The notes under the pieces were generated by a model, which was given only the letters and a program-made list of their open reading frames with translations, did no database searches and had not been told where the DNA came from. Made by a program: the position numbers and the translations under genes. DNA of 64,000 bases from an uncultured virus (IMG/VR IMGVR_UViG_3300008108_000202) (lineage: Duplodnaviria > Heunggongvirae > Uroviricota > Caudoviricetes): the IMG/VR virus record IMGVR_UViG_3300008108_000202. One strand, 5' to 3'. Shown piece by piece: positions 18,892-28,135 of the stretch; the stretch's first letter is position 1; each line of letters starts with the position of its first letter.

Positions 18892-20040
18892 ACTTATTTA
18901 ATTTTTTCAATTCATTAAGAAAATCAAGTAATTGACCCGTCATAAACGCATCAAAGTCTTCTTGATTTTCCCTTGGAAATGCCGATAAAAAGGTCTTTTC
19001 AAAAGGATCCATAGGATAAAAATAAAATCCTTTTTTTATCTTCTTCTTTTTCTTTCTTGGTATTCTAAATTTTTTCATGTTATTTATCATAAACTTTTAA
19101 ACCATATTCTCCCGACTCTGACTCCCATCCACATTCCGGATCCATATTGGTACAGAAGTAGAACTCATAGTCTCCATTATCATCGGTGGCTATATCATAT
19201 GATCCACAGTTAGGGCATGGTATAGCATCATCTTCCATTTGTTTTGTAATGTCATAAATAAAATCCATGAATTTATCACCCGTATTATGTTTCATATTAT
19301 TCTGATTTTCCATTTTATATTATTGTTTCTTTAACTATCACACCATCAATAAATCTTGACACAACAAAAGATTCAACAGATTCTTCTGAAGTTTGTAGTA
19401 ATGTAATTTCTTGTTGTAGGGCATCAAAGTCTTCTTGGGTAATTAATGTTCCTGACATAGATCCACCACCATTAATCATCTTTATCTTATAAGAACCATA
19501 TGGTTCTGTGTGGTGTTTTTCAACAATAATCAAATTATCATATTCAAAACCCTTTGATTCGTCCAATTTAACTAATTTACCATCATCATTTCTTTTATAA
19601 AACGCACTTCTGTGATAACCACAATCAGGACAAGATGAAAATAACTCACCTGTTTTGTAATAGAAATCCTCAAAACAACTTTCAGATTTACATCTTGGAC
19701 ATTCAACATAACTAATAACGCTTCCCATAATTTATTTTTTTGTATATTTTCTAATTAAATTAAATATTTCTTTGATGTCTGTAAACTCTGATGGTGGTGA
19801 GTCATTTCTTCCTGGTAAAAACATCACTGTAAATCCGTGATTTGCTTGGAAGGTTTCGGTAACTCGTTTACCGCAGATCTCATTAAGATAAATCCAAGGA
19901 AAGTTTCCTGATAGTTTTACATCAATTCCTATTTTTTTAAGCCTTTCAATAAACACACCAAGTTTATCAGTACTTATTTTTGTGCTGTTTTTTGTTTCCA
20001 TTGTATATGTTCCAAATTTAGTTTTTACTTCTCCCTTCAT
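18872..20040 (-). other. four hypothetical ORFs (18872-19090, 19080-19313, 19315-19728, 19732-20040); two have CxxC zinc ribbons
   Basis: CPNC...FC and CPRC...CPDC motifs. Confidence 0.7.
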
Positions 20041-20488
20041 GATTTAATTACTTGGTCTCTAAAATAAACATCACTAATTACCATTCCGTCAATATTCTTA
20101 CCATTGCCAAGATGAATATAATTACCTTCAATTTTGGTAATCATACCATAATCTTCCACCAATCCTGTAATCCTATTAACCACCTTAACATAGTCACCTA
20201 CTTTGATGTCCCTTCCGTTTTCTGAGGTTTAATATTACTTCAAATTTTGATTACAAATTTCGTAATAATTCGTCTTTTTCATCTTTAAATCCTTGTTTTA
20301 TAAGGGTTTTTGAATAGGTGTTGATATATTATAGTTAGGTTCAATCATTAATTTGTTTTGAGTTTATTTCTTTTTTCATATTATACATTGCAAAACCACA
20401 CCAAATTAATTGTAGTGTTAAATAAATAATTATTCCTGTTTTCATATTCTTATTTTTTACAAAGGTAAAACAAATTAATGACAAAACC

Positions 20489-20537
20489 TAACAAATGATA
20501 AACAACATTAAAACGATTGTTTATCATCGGACGTTAT
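20489..20537 (+). repeat. attC-like site F (short type)
   Basis: Perfect 11-bp stem atgataaacaa / ttgtttatcat. Confidence 0.8.
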
Positions 20538-20740
20538 CGGCAATTCCTTTGTCGTTCCAATAGCCATTGTACTCCTTCTTCAAACCCATTTGCGTAATCA
20601 TCCATCCTTTGAACTGGTTCATCTCTGAATTTGTATGAAGCGTCAAATGATGCCTGTTCAATTTCCTTTTGCGATGGAACTGCCGATAACACCGTATTTG
20701 TGCTATTGGCGGTTTCGTTTTTCAAATTATCTTTTTCCAT
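20534..20740 (-). CDS. cassette protein starting inside the loop of site G
   Basis: 68 aa; stop TAA is formed by the GTTA core of site F. Confidence 0.75.
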   Translation of the reverse strand: MEKDNLKNETANSTNTVLSAVPSQKEIEQASFDASYKFRDEPVQRMDDYANGFEEGVQWLLERQRNCR

Positions 20741-20811
20741 ATTTTCAAGTTTGGTTTTTCAAATTAAGTTCTGTGGTTAAATCGCCAACAGACACAAATA
20801 CTTTTTCGTTA
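20686..20811 (+). repeat. attC-like site G (long type)
   Basis: gtatttgtg-ctattggcggttt / aaatcgccaacagacacaaatac with one extrahelical base. Confidence 0.8.
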
Positions 20812-21114
20812 GCAGAAATGTTTCTCCCCACAATTGTTACAGTACAGATACCTTACCGTTATTAGGTTATTTGAGGTATTTGGCTCGTCCGAACCATCAT
20901 CGTATTCTAATTCACTTACTATTTCTGTATCTGTACTTTCACAATCCTTACAAACACATCTGCTAACATCATGTATAAGCAATTCATTATCGCTTAAATC
21001 AATCTTGTAATTTTTCAAGTAAACGTCAACAACTCCTGTTGCATTTGCTTCATTTTCAAGCGACATCCAATTATTCACTCGAAGAAATTCTATTAGTTCC
21101 GTTCTTAAATCCAT
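20809..21114 (-). CDS. cassette protein starting inside the loop of site H; zinc-finger C-terminus
   Basis: 101 aa, CKDC...CNNC; stop lies in the GTTA core of site G. Confidence 0.75.
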   Translation of the reverse strand: MDLRTELIEFLRVNNWMSLENEANATGVVDVYLKNYKIDLSDNELLIHDVSRCVCKDCESTDTEIVSELEYDDGSDEPNTSNNLITVRYLYCNNCGEKHFC

Positions 21115-21155
21115 TGTAAAATAATATTAAACTGCTTATACATGAGTAACGTTAT
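20964..21155 (+). repeat. attC-like site H (coding loop of about 145 nt)
   Basis: Perfect 13-bp stem tcatgtataagca / tgcttatacatga. Confidence 0.75.
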
Positions 21156-21264
21156 AAACAATAAATTAAAATTTGTTCCACCCTAATCTTTCAACCCAAT
21201 CAGAAAAAGATTTTTCTTTCCCCTTATCAATAGGTTTATCTTCTCTCAAATGTTTTGGTATGTT

Positions 21265-21352
21265 ATAACAAGGTATATGTGAAATACCTCATAAAGTTTC
21301 TACTAAATTTAAATTTCTGTGGTAAGGTACTTCACATATACCCAACCGTTAT
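21265..21352 (+). repeat. attC-like site I (long type, related to D)
   Basis: ggtatatgtgaaatacct / aggtacttcacatatacc; caacc-gttat end as in D. Confidence 0.8.
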
Positions 21353-21359
21353 ACACAAT

Positions 21360-21617
21360 TTAATCTACAACGTGAATTTTCTCCTCAATTTTAACTATAC
21401 TTCTTTTATCGTGTTTTATGATTTCCATAGCATCATTATAACCATCATTAGGTAATCCACCTTTATTTAGCGTTATCCACCCATCAACTTCATCAAACAC
21501 TACCTGTTTTTTATCTAAAACACTTCTACGTTGTTCCAACACTCTACCTAAAAATTGAGGATAAAATTCACTCCTACCATCTTCAAACTTTTCTTCTTTA
21601 ATTCTATATTTTTTCAT
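21360..21617 (-). CDS. cassette-borne hypothetical protein
   Basis: 85 aa ORF filling the I-J interval. Confidence 0.8.
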   Translation of the reverse strand: MKKYRIKEEKFEDGRSEFYPQFLGRVLEQRRSVLDKKQVVFDEVDGWITLNKGGLPNDGYNDAMEIIKHDKRSIVKIEEKIHVVD

Positions 21618-21656
21618 TTTATTAAATTTTAGTTGTTAATTCCGATTAAACTGTGT

Positions 21657-21704
21657 ATAACAAATGATAAACAACATTAAAACGATTGTTTATCATAGGA
21701 CGTT
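21657..21704 (+). repeat. attC-like site J (short type)
   Basis: Near-identical to F; ends gacgtt. Confidence 0.75.
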
Positions 21705-21871
21705 TTACTTCCATAACATTCAAGTTTCTTATCCGTTACATTCCACAAATCTTTTTTTCCTTCCGTCATATGACAATTGTGTTTCTTTCCGGTTCTTTTT
21801 CCGAACTCCACAATCATATCATTATGACGATTACGGATGAGGTGAGGGCACTCTTTACAGGGTTTTTTCAT
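21677..21871 (-). CDS. small Cys-rich protein whose 3' end runs into site J
   Basis: MKKPCKECPH...HNCHM...C. Confidence 0.7.
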   Translation of the reverse strand: MKKPCKECPHLIRNRHNDMIVEFGKRTGKKHNCHMTEGKKDLWNVTDKKLECYGSKTSYDKQSF

Positions 21872-22088
21872 TTTCGTACTTTTTGGAAATTTCATCAACT
21901 CTTTTGATAATTGATGTTTTGGATCTATAATCCTGACAGAATATAGTTTTACCATCAAAGGTAATGGTCATAAAGACATTAAATCTGTCTTGACTTACAT
22001 TACGTAGTTTGATTGATAAATTACCATAGGTGAAGTACATAGTCCCTTCACTTTTAAGTTGTTTGTAATTAAAGTTGAACTTTTCCAT
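21855..22088 (-). CDS. hypothetical protein
   Basis: MEKFNF start just downstream of a TATCTTTG box (22093-22100). Confidence 0.7.
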   Translation of the reverse strand: MEKFNFNYKQLKSEGTMYFTYGNLSIKLRNVSQDRFNVFMTITFDGKTIFCQDYRSKTSIIKRVDEISKKYENEKTL

Positions 22089-22123
22089 ATCACAAAGATA
22101 TGAAAATATTTTTAACTCACAAA

Positions 22124-23368
22124 TTATTTTTTGAAATTGTACGTGTTTTCTATTGGTCTTTTTCCGTATTTTTTTTCCATCATTTTTTGATGTAGATCCC
22201 AATCCAATATTGACTCATTGGTTTGCGTTTTATCTTCTTCAGGTAGAAGGGAATATACTTTTGATATTTTTTTCATCACTTTTGTTGCAATATAATTAAA
22301 CTTTTCACACTCATCTTTAAAGAAATCAATTTCTCTACCTTCATATTTAATAACATATCTAATATATTTATCTCTAATTTTTTCTTTCTCTTCTTGATTT
22401 GGTGCTTGTTCCATAAACATTTTAACCAAAGGCCCCATCTGTTGTACCATCATATCATAATGATCAAAGAAATAATTATCAAAAGCCTCCATTTTGGCAT
22501 TTACAATATTAACATAAACAATTATCAATACTTCCTCAATTTTTTTCTCAATGGACATTGTTTTTGGTTTTAACCCAACAAACTTCAATAATTCATCACA
22601 TCTACCCATTTGACTTTTTAAACCAGAAATTAAATGTTCAAATGAGAAGTTTTTTATTTCTTTTAATTCATCATAAACAATATCATTTGTTATGAACTCG
22701 TAAAACTCATCTCTTGTTATACCTTTTTTAATCATTCTTGTTGCAATCTCTGTAGGTCTCACCAAGTTTTCGGCATTTTGAATAAAATAACTATTCCTCA
22801 TAAATTCTTCAATCACCGGAATACCAAAAGACATTCCTTTAGAATAGGCCTGATAATCCGCCGTTCCACCAACAAGTTCTACCTTCTTTTTTAATCTATC
22901 AAATCTATGTTTTAATTCGTGAGCCATTACTGATATGGTATTAACCTCATCCCTAACGAATCTATCGTATAGATCCTTTGGTTCCCACTCACTTGATGTA
23001 ACAAAATTCACATTTAATTCTATCTCACTAGATGTTTCATTAATCTGCATTAAAATACCTCTATCAAATTTAAATGCGTATGAAACTCCCATTGATGCAA
23101 TCTCCACTTTTCCTTTATACCCAGCAAGTTCTTCGGTATGTACAGAAAGTTTTAAAGTCCTTAAAACTTCATCACCAATTGGTAGATTTACGTTTGTTTT
23201 TAGTTTATATTCGTCTTGTTTTTTATCTATCTTTTTTAGAAATGCCGACACAATACCATATAATTTTTCCGCAGAATCCATAACGAATTCAGGAACCCCA
23301 ACGGCTTCACTAATCAAACTTTTTGATATTAGATCATATTGTGTTTCTGTTATAATAACTTTTTTCAT
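22124..23368 (-). CDS. hypothetical protein with HExxH motif
   Basis: 414 aa; MAHELKH; MKKVIITETQ N-terminus. Confidence 0.8.
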   Translation of the reverse strand: MKKVIITETQYDLISKSLISEAVGVPEFVMDSAEKLYGIVSAFLKKIDKKQDEYKLKTNVNLPIGDEVLRTLKLSVHTEELAGYKGKVEIASMGVSYAFKFDRGILMQINETSSEIELNVNFVTSSEWEPKDLYDRFVRDEVNTISVMAHELKHRFDRLKKKVELVGGTADYQAYSKGMSFGIPVIEEFMRNSYFIQNAENLVRPTEIATRMIKKGITRDEFYEFITNDIVYDELKEIKNFSFEHLISGLKSQMGRCDELLKFVGLKPKTMSIEKKIEEVLIIVYVNIVNAKMEAFDNYFFDHYDMMVQQMGPLVKMFMEQAPNQEEKEKIRDKYIRYVIKYEGREIDFFKDECEKFNYIATKVMKKISKVYSLLPEEDKTQTNESILDWDLHQKMMEKKYGKRPIENTYNFKK

Positions 23369-23380
23369 ATCAATACTTTA

Positions 23381-23698
23381 TTAACAATCATCAGAAATTT
23401 CATTCCAGAGTTCAACGAAATCGTCATAATAGTCATCAAACATTAACTTTTCAATTTCCTCTCTACCTTCATTTCTTTCTTCATCTGAAAATACATCATC
23501 ATCCCTTTCATAGTCTTCATCACCAAAAAAGAATCTCATACCTTCATTAATACAAAAATGAGCGTATTCGTCACCATCACTAAAATTACAAGGATCCTGA
23601 ATTTGTACTTGGAACTGAATAATATCTCTCAATTCTCCGATTCTCCTAATTCTTTTGAGGAATTTATTTTGTGACTCTGTAATGATATATTTCTTCAT
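23381..23698 (-). CDS. hypothetical protein (ITESQ N-terminus)
   Basis: 105 aa ORF; ATATTTAT upstream. Confidence 0.75.
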   Translation of the reverse strand: MKKYIITESQNKFLKRIRRIGELRDIIQFQVQIQDPCNFSDGDEYAHFCINEGMRFFFGDEDYERDDDVFSDEERNEGREEIEKLMFDDYYDDFVELWNEISDDC

Positions 23699-23724
23699 AC
23701 AAATAAATATATCGGAGTTGCGAT

Positions 23725-24395
23725 TTATCCCACAACTCCGAGTTTACCATCCAAATGATGATCATCCAAGATTTCAGACGCAACCATCCTTTTATCCATT
23801 ATTTTAATGATTTCGTCAATACTATATGGTTTCATACCATTGCCATCAACACCAACATCCATTTTCTTTCCATTCCCAAACTTTCGGTGTTCAGGTAGAT
23901 GAACGTGTCCGTGAAGATGGATAACACCTTTATTCATTCCATTCCAACTTTGGAGTGGATAATGACACATAACAAAAGAATGATCTCCAATTTTAACCTC
24001 CAAATAATGTTGGATACTCAAAAACTTATCTTGGATTCCGCCTCGGTCATTCTCAATGTGATGATCGTGATTACCAAGAATCAAGTGGATGTTTTTACAA
24101 ACCAACCTATCCAAAAATAATCCAATATTATCAAACCCACCAAATGAAACATCACCAAGCATAATTAATGTATCATCTTGTCCAACAACAGAGTTAATGT
24201 TGTTTACAATTGCATCATTCATTTGTTCAATTGTTTGAAAATCCCTTGTTGAGTTCTCCGGAACTTCACCATCATGGGTTCTCCAGTTTGTAACACCACG
24301 CACAATATTTTTGTGACCGAAATGAGTTAAGTATCCGAGGTAATCCACACTCTACCTGTGTTTCCCTCGGATATTATTTTTTTAAATTTTAACAT
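23725..24395 (-). CDS. calcineurin-like metallophosphoesterase interrupted by a 5-nt insert in the DxH motif
   Basis: MLKFKKIISEGNTGRVWITSDT* then HFGHKNI...LGD...GNHD...HGHVH in another frame. Confidence 0.85.
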
Positions 24396-25323
24396 ACTTA
24401 TTATTTTTTATTTTACAAATATAATCATTTTTATTATATCTTTCACCGTTTTTATAATTATTTATCAATTCAAGACATAAGGATTGTTCAAAATATTCTA
24501 ATCCCCAATTTATTATTTTATTAAAAAGTTCATTTAGTTCTATTTCAGAGTCATTATTTTTAAAAGATTTTCTAACATTATCTCCGTGGGTAATTAGTTG
24601 ACAATTTGACGGATGTCTAATGATTTCCGGAAAAACCCCCATATAAAATCCATTTTTTCTACCAAAAATATGATCTCTAACATAAAATGGTTTATTTTTA
24701 TTTTTATTTTCTTTATTGAATAAAACACCGTTTTTTAAATTTTCAACACCAATTGTATTTTCGGTTATAACTTGTCCAACCCAATTGGAAATTTCACGGT
24801 AAAACTTATAATCATCTTTTTTTTCTAACGGAATCCAAACACCATTTTTTTCGTTTATAACCCTCATTTTTTGTTTATACTCTTCAGTGAATTTTAATGA
24901 AGATTTTTTACCAATTTTTTCTTTGGTTTTTTCACTCATTTCTGGTTTAACATATCCATTTAATATTTTTAAACTATTTGTTATTTTTCTTTTATTTTTA
25001 GCATCTTCAGAAACTTTTTTCCCTTTCATCCCTTTTGAGCATTTTTTTCTATAATTTTCATCAACTCTACTTTTAGTTAGTTCAGAAAATTTTTTTCGTT
25101 TTTCTATTGACCATTTTTTTCCAAAATTAGGATTACCCTCTCCGTGTAACTTACATTGTTTACAATTAAAAGTAACCAAATCTATTCTTCTAACATATCC
25201 TGCGGATATTTCACATTCTTTTCCACATTTTTTACATAAAATTTTATGTTTTTTATTTGTACAAATATTACACAAAATTTTTGATTTACCAACTAATTCT
25301 TTTTTACAAACTTTACATTCCAT
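24382..25323 (-). CDS. putative homing endonuclease (zinc fingers, NUMOD3-like, HNH-like C-terminus)
   Basis: CxxC pairs, GEGNPNFGKK, RDH...HPSNCQLITH.DN. Confidence 0.65.
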   Translation of the reverse strand: MECKVCKKELVGKSKILCNICTNKKHKILCKKCGKECEISAGYVRRIDLVTFNCKQCKLHGEGNPNFGKKWSIEKRKKFSELTKSRVDENYRKKCSKGMKGKKVSEDAKNKRKITNSLKILNGYVKPEMSEKTKEKIGKKSSLKFTEEYKQKMRVINEKNGVWIPLEKKDDYKFYREISNWVGQVITENTIGVENLKNGVLFNKENKNKNKPFYVRDHIFGRKNGFYMGVFPEIIRHPSNCQLITHGDNVRKSFKNNDSEIELNELFNKIINWGLEYFEQSLCLELINNYKNGERYNKNDYICKIKNNKYVKI

Positions 25324-25384
25324 AACCTCTTTTATTATAAATACTTCAAGTTATATTAAAAGTCGGTGTCGTTTGTGATTTATT

Positions 25385-25789
25385 TCATAATTTTATACTA
25401 AATCTATTTTTCATTTGTTCTATCTTATCTTCAGGTACATTATGATCATTTTTATTATCATGCCTTTTTTCCACAACAACACAAAATACCATATAACCAA
25501 ATTCTTTTGCCATATCAAAATATGGTTTCATTTCCCACTCTTGGGTGAATGTATTTGATACCGCAATTTTTGAGATAGATGACATCATTGCTGATCTGAC
25601 ATTATCTTGACATTCAGCATGAGCTTCTTTTATTTTGGATGGATCAAACTTATATACACCCTCACCATATGGATCATCATATACCATAAAGTATTGATCA
25701 GCCTCAAAGACGTTTGAGGTTAATTGTTTTGCGAAAGTTGATTTTCCTGAACCAGGTATTCCTCTTACTATATATAAAACTTTTTCCAT
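25385..25789 (-). CDS. AAA_33 / polynucleotide-kinase-like P-loop protein
   Basis: RGIPGSGKST, EADQYF, VSNTF and HNVP motifs. Confidence 0.85.
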   Translation of the reverse strand: MEKVLYIVRGIPGSGKSTFAKQLTSNVFEADQYFMVYDDPYGEGVYKFDPSKIKEAHAECQDNVRSAMMSSISKIAVSNTFTQEWEMKPYFDMAKEFGYMVFCVVVEKRHDNKNDHNVPEDKIEQMKNRFSIKL

Positions 25790-25793
25790 ACCA

Positions 25794-25801
25794 CAAAGAT
25801 A
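25794..25801 (-). promoter_or_regulatory. Bacteroidota-type -7 promoter box TAnnTTTG (representative copy)
   Basis: TATCTTTG just upstream of starts; also at 11446, 22093, 27483, 28958, 45066, 58360, 58795 and 60203. Confidence 0.7.
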
Positions 25802-25822
25802 GTAAAAAAAATGTAATAAACA

Positions 25823-25846
25823 AAAAAAGGAACCTAAGTTCCTTTT
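25823..25846 (-). terminator. intrinsic terminator
   Basis: aaggaac-ctaa-gttcctt with A/T tails. Confidence 0.7.
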
Positions 25847-25871
25847 AAATTATTCGTTCTTTGATGAGTAT

Positions 25872-26633
25872 TTAATTACCCATGTTTCGGACTTCGTTAT
25901 CCATGTCAGGGGCATTATTTTTACTAATTACATTTTTACTATCCGGTGATGTTGGTATTGGTGGAAGTGTTTCATCATCACTAATTACAGGTGGGATAAA
26001 AGCCAAAATATCTTTCAACGATTTGCAACTAGATTTTAATAGGGTAGTTGCCTTACTATTATTTGTAATATCAAACCAATCAATACCATTTTTAGATGCA
26101 AACCATCTATCTTTTTGTTTGGCATACTGCCACACATTGTCGTTAGGTAATAAACATTTTTCTTCGTCAGATAATGTTAACTTAATTGTTTTTGATTTTT
26201 GTTTTGTTTCCGTCTTTTTAGTTTTTAAAATATCACCACCACAAAACATTTTATTAATTGTGGTTTTAAATGGTTGTCCAGTGTCTGGCGCTTGTTGATA
26301 GGTTTGGCTACCAACGTTTATAATATTTTGACCACAATTTAATTTACCTTTACTACCCGATAGTTTAAATTGATTGTTTTCTTTATAATAAACATTAAAT
26401 ATAACTGATTTACCATCTTTATCTGGATATACTATAGTATCTTTTCTAACATAAACTTTTGATGCTGATCCACCTAACTGCTCACCACTACTATAAAATA
26501 CTTGATCACGTTTAACCACATATGTCCCATCAGAGTTTAATGTTTGTTCAGAGATAACATCTTTTTTCACACCATATTGTGATAATATATCTTTCTTTTC
26601 TTGTTCGGAAATTAAAATTCTTCTAATATTCAT
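25872..26633 (-). CDS. hypothetical protein
   Basis: Likely start MNIRRILISEQEKKDILSQY after ATATTTAT. Confidence 0.75.
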   Translation of the reverse strand: MNIRRILISEQEKKDILSQYGVKKDVISEQTLNSDGTYVVKRDQVFYSSGEQLGGSASKVYVRKDTIVYPDKDGKSVIFNVYYKENNQFKLSGSKGKLNCGQNIINVGSQTYQQAPDTGQPFKTTINKMFCGGDILKTKKTETKQKSKTIKLTLSDEEKCLLPNDNVWQYAKQKDRWFASKNGIDWFDITNNSKATTLLKSSCKSLKDILAFIPPVISDDETLPPIPTSPDSKNVISKNNAPDMDNEVRNMGN

Positions 26634-26663
26634 AACTTGTTTATTTATAAATATATGATAAAC

Positions 26664-26750
26664 AAAAAAAGGAACCATTTCTGATTCCTTTATCGGGATC
26701 GTCCATTGGAGAACGAACTGCCACCACCTTGTTTTTCTAAACAAGGAAAC
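26664..26750 (-). ncRNA. candidate small structured RNA plus terminator
   Basis: Hairpins CCTTGTTT/AAACAAGG, TCGTTC/GGACGA and AAAGGAATC/GGTTCCTTT-T7. Confidence 0.4.
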
Positions 26751-27206
26751 TTATATCTTATGCATCCACAAATAATAATTTGTTTGGTTTGAGGATCCCA
26801 TTGTAACATCAACGAATTTCAATCCATTTATGACTCCATTATTGATATTACCATCATAAATAGTTCCACTCAAGTTACCCCATGGTGTATAATTCATTGT
26901 TAGATTATATGCCGATGCGGTGGTATAGAACGAATACGTTGCACCATTACCATTGAAGGTATATTGATTAATCGTATTAAACGCAAGAGTATCATTTGTA
27001 GGGATAATACTTCCGATCTCACTGACACGATAACCGGTAATTACCCAACTTTCCCCAACCATATTTAGTGCGGTGTCCATTACAATTGTATCATACACAA
27101 TTGGTTGTGGTGGAAGTGGTGGATCATTGGGTTGGATGTTATCCTTCTGACAGGACATTACTCCCAACCCAATACAAATAAACAAGAACATTTTTTTCAT
27201 AATCAT
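26751..27206 (-). CDS. putative lipoprotein
   Basis: MKKMFLFICIGLGVMSC lipobox-like signal. Confidence 0.7.
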   Translation of the reverse strand: MIMKKMFLFICIGLGVMSCQKDNIQPNDPPLPPQPIVYDTIVMDTALNMVGESWVITGYRVSEIGSIIPTNDTLAFNTINQYTFNGNGATYSFYTTASAYNLTMNYTPWGNLSGTIYDGNINNGVINGLKFVDVTMGSSNQTNYYLWMHKI

Positions 27207-27478
27207 TTCGTTACAAGTGCTTCAATTTTACTTTTGATAGGTTCAACCATATCAATATCTTGTGTACCAGTCACAATGATGGAGTCTTCCAAAAACCGGA
27301 ATGGAATATTGATCAAAAATGTACCTCCATTGAAGAATCTCAAATCATTTTTAAGTTCCAAACATCCGTGAACCATTTCCAAGAAGATCTTGAACTGAAC
27401 CTCATCAATAAATACTTCATTAAGAAGTTCTCCAAACTTCTCGTTTATAATTCTAACTTTATATCCTACCTTATTCAT
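27203..27478 (-). CDS. hypothetical protein
   Basis: 91 aa ORF after a TATCTTTG box. Confidence 0.75.
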   Translation of the reverse strand: MNKVGYKVRIINEKFGELLNEVFIDEVQFKIFLEMVHGCLELKNDLRFFNGGTFLINIPFRFLEDSIIVTGTQDIDMVEPIKSKIEALVTK

Positions 27479-27503
27479 ATTACAAAGATAAAAAATATTT
27501 TTG

Positions 27504-27770
27504 TTATTTCAAAACAATTTCACCTTCAATAATACCAAAAGAACTATGTTCTCTGAAATGACATTCACCAGTAGTGGTGTCCTTTGTTAGAACCCACATA
27601 TCATCACCTTTCCAAGTGATATTCATTAGAACCTCATTTTTTTTAAGACTAACTTCTTCAGTACCACCCCAACTTCTTGCTCTTTGGTTATCAGTACAAG
27701 ATGTGATCATAATCACACCCAAAACAACATACAAAACTTTTTTCATACAATTATTATTTATTTTCAACAA
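27504..27770 (-). CDS. putative lipoprotein
   Basis: MKKVLYVVLGVIMITSCTDNQRARSWGG. Confidence 0.75.
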   Translation of the reverse strand: MLKINNNCMKKVLYVVLGVIMITSCTDNQRARSWGGTEEVSLKKNEVLMNITWKGDDMWVLTKDTTTGECHFREHSSFGIIEGEIVLK

Positions 27771-28134
27771 TTTCTAATAACTTATCAAGACAAGCAAGTT
27801 CTGCTTTTTCGTAGGTTTTATAAGCTGATAAGTCATTGAATTGTTTATCTATGAAATTAGGGTTTGTTGTGGCAATTACATATTCAAACTTTGCAACACC
27901 ATAATTAGATTCAATCCAAATTCTCAAATCATACTTCTCTCTAAACCATCTAAATGCTTGTGAGAATGTTGGAGCTAATACTCTATCTTCAATATTATTT
28001 AAAAATGAAATTGAATATATTGAGCGGATTTCATGAAATGTAGAATCGGGGTCATAAACACCAAAACAAGGCTCATCAAATCCAAGTGCTTTCATTCTTA
28101 AAGCCAACTCATAAGGTACAAATTCTTTTTCCAT
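27754..28134 (-). CDS. MEKEFVPY-family paralog 3
   Basis: LGFDEPCFG / APTFSQAFRWFREK / AELACL blocks. Confidence 0.88.
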   Translation of the reverse strand: MEKEFVPYELALRMKALGFDEPCFGVYDPDSTFHEIRSIYSISFLNNIEDRVLAPTFSQAFRWFREKYDLRIWIESNYGVAKFEYVIATTNPNFIDKQFNDLSAYKTYEKAELACLDKLLEIVENK

Positions 28135-28135
28135 A

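Larger units (their letters stand above)
20487..21704 (+). mobile_element. integron-like gene cassette array 2 (5 attC-like sites, 4 cassettes)
   Basis: Hairpins at 20489-20537, 20686-20811, 20964-21155, 21265-21352 and 21657-21704 with cassette-end complementarity. Confidence 0.8.

Noticed and set aside
21156..21264. Protein-coding gene in the H-I cassette
   Set aside because: The open stretch has no start codon and the ATG in site I stops after 9 codons; treated as decayed.
24325..24348. ORF-track start MDYLGYL for the phosphoesterase
   Set aside because: It would omit the first metal-binding Asp; the true N-terminus (WITSD) is in another frame starting at 24395.
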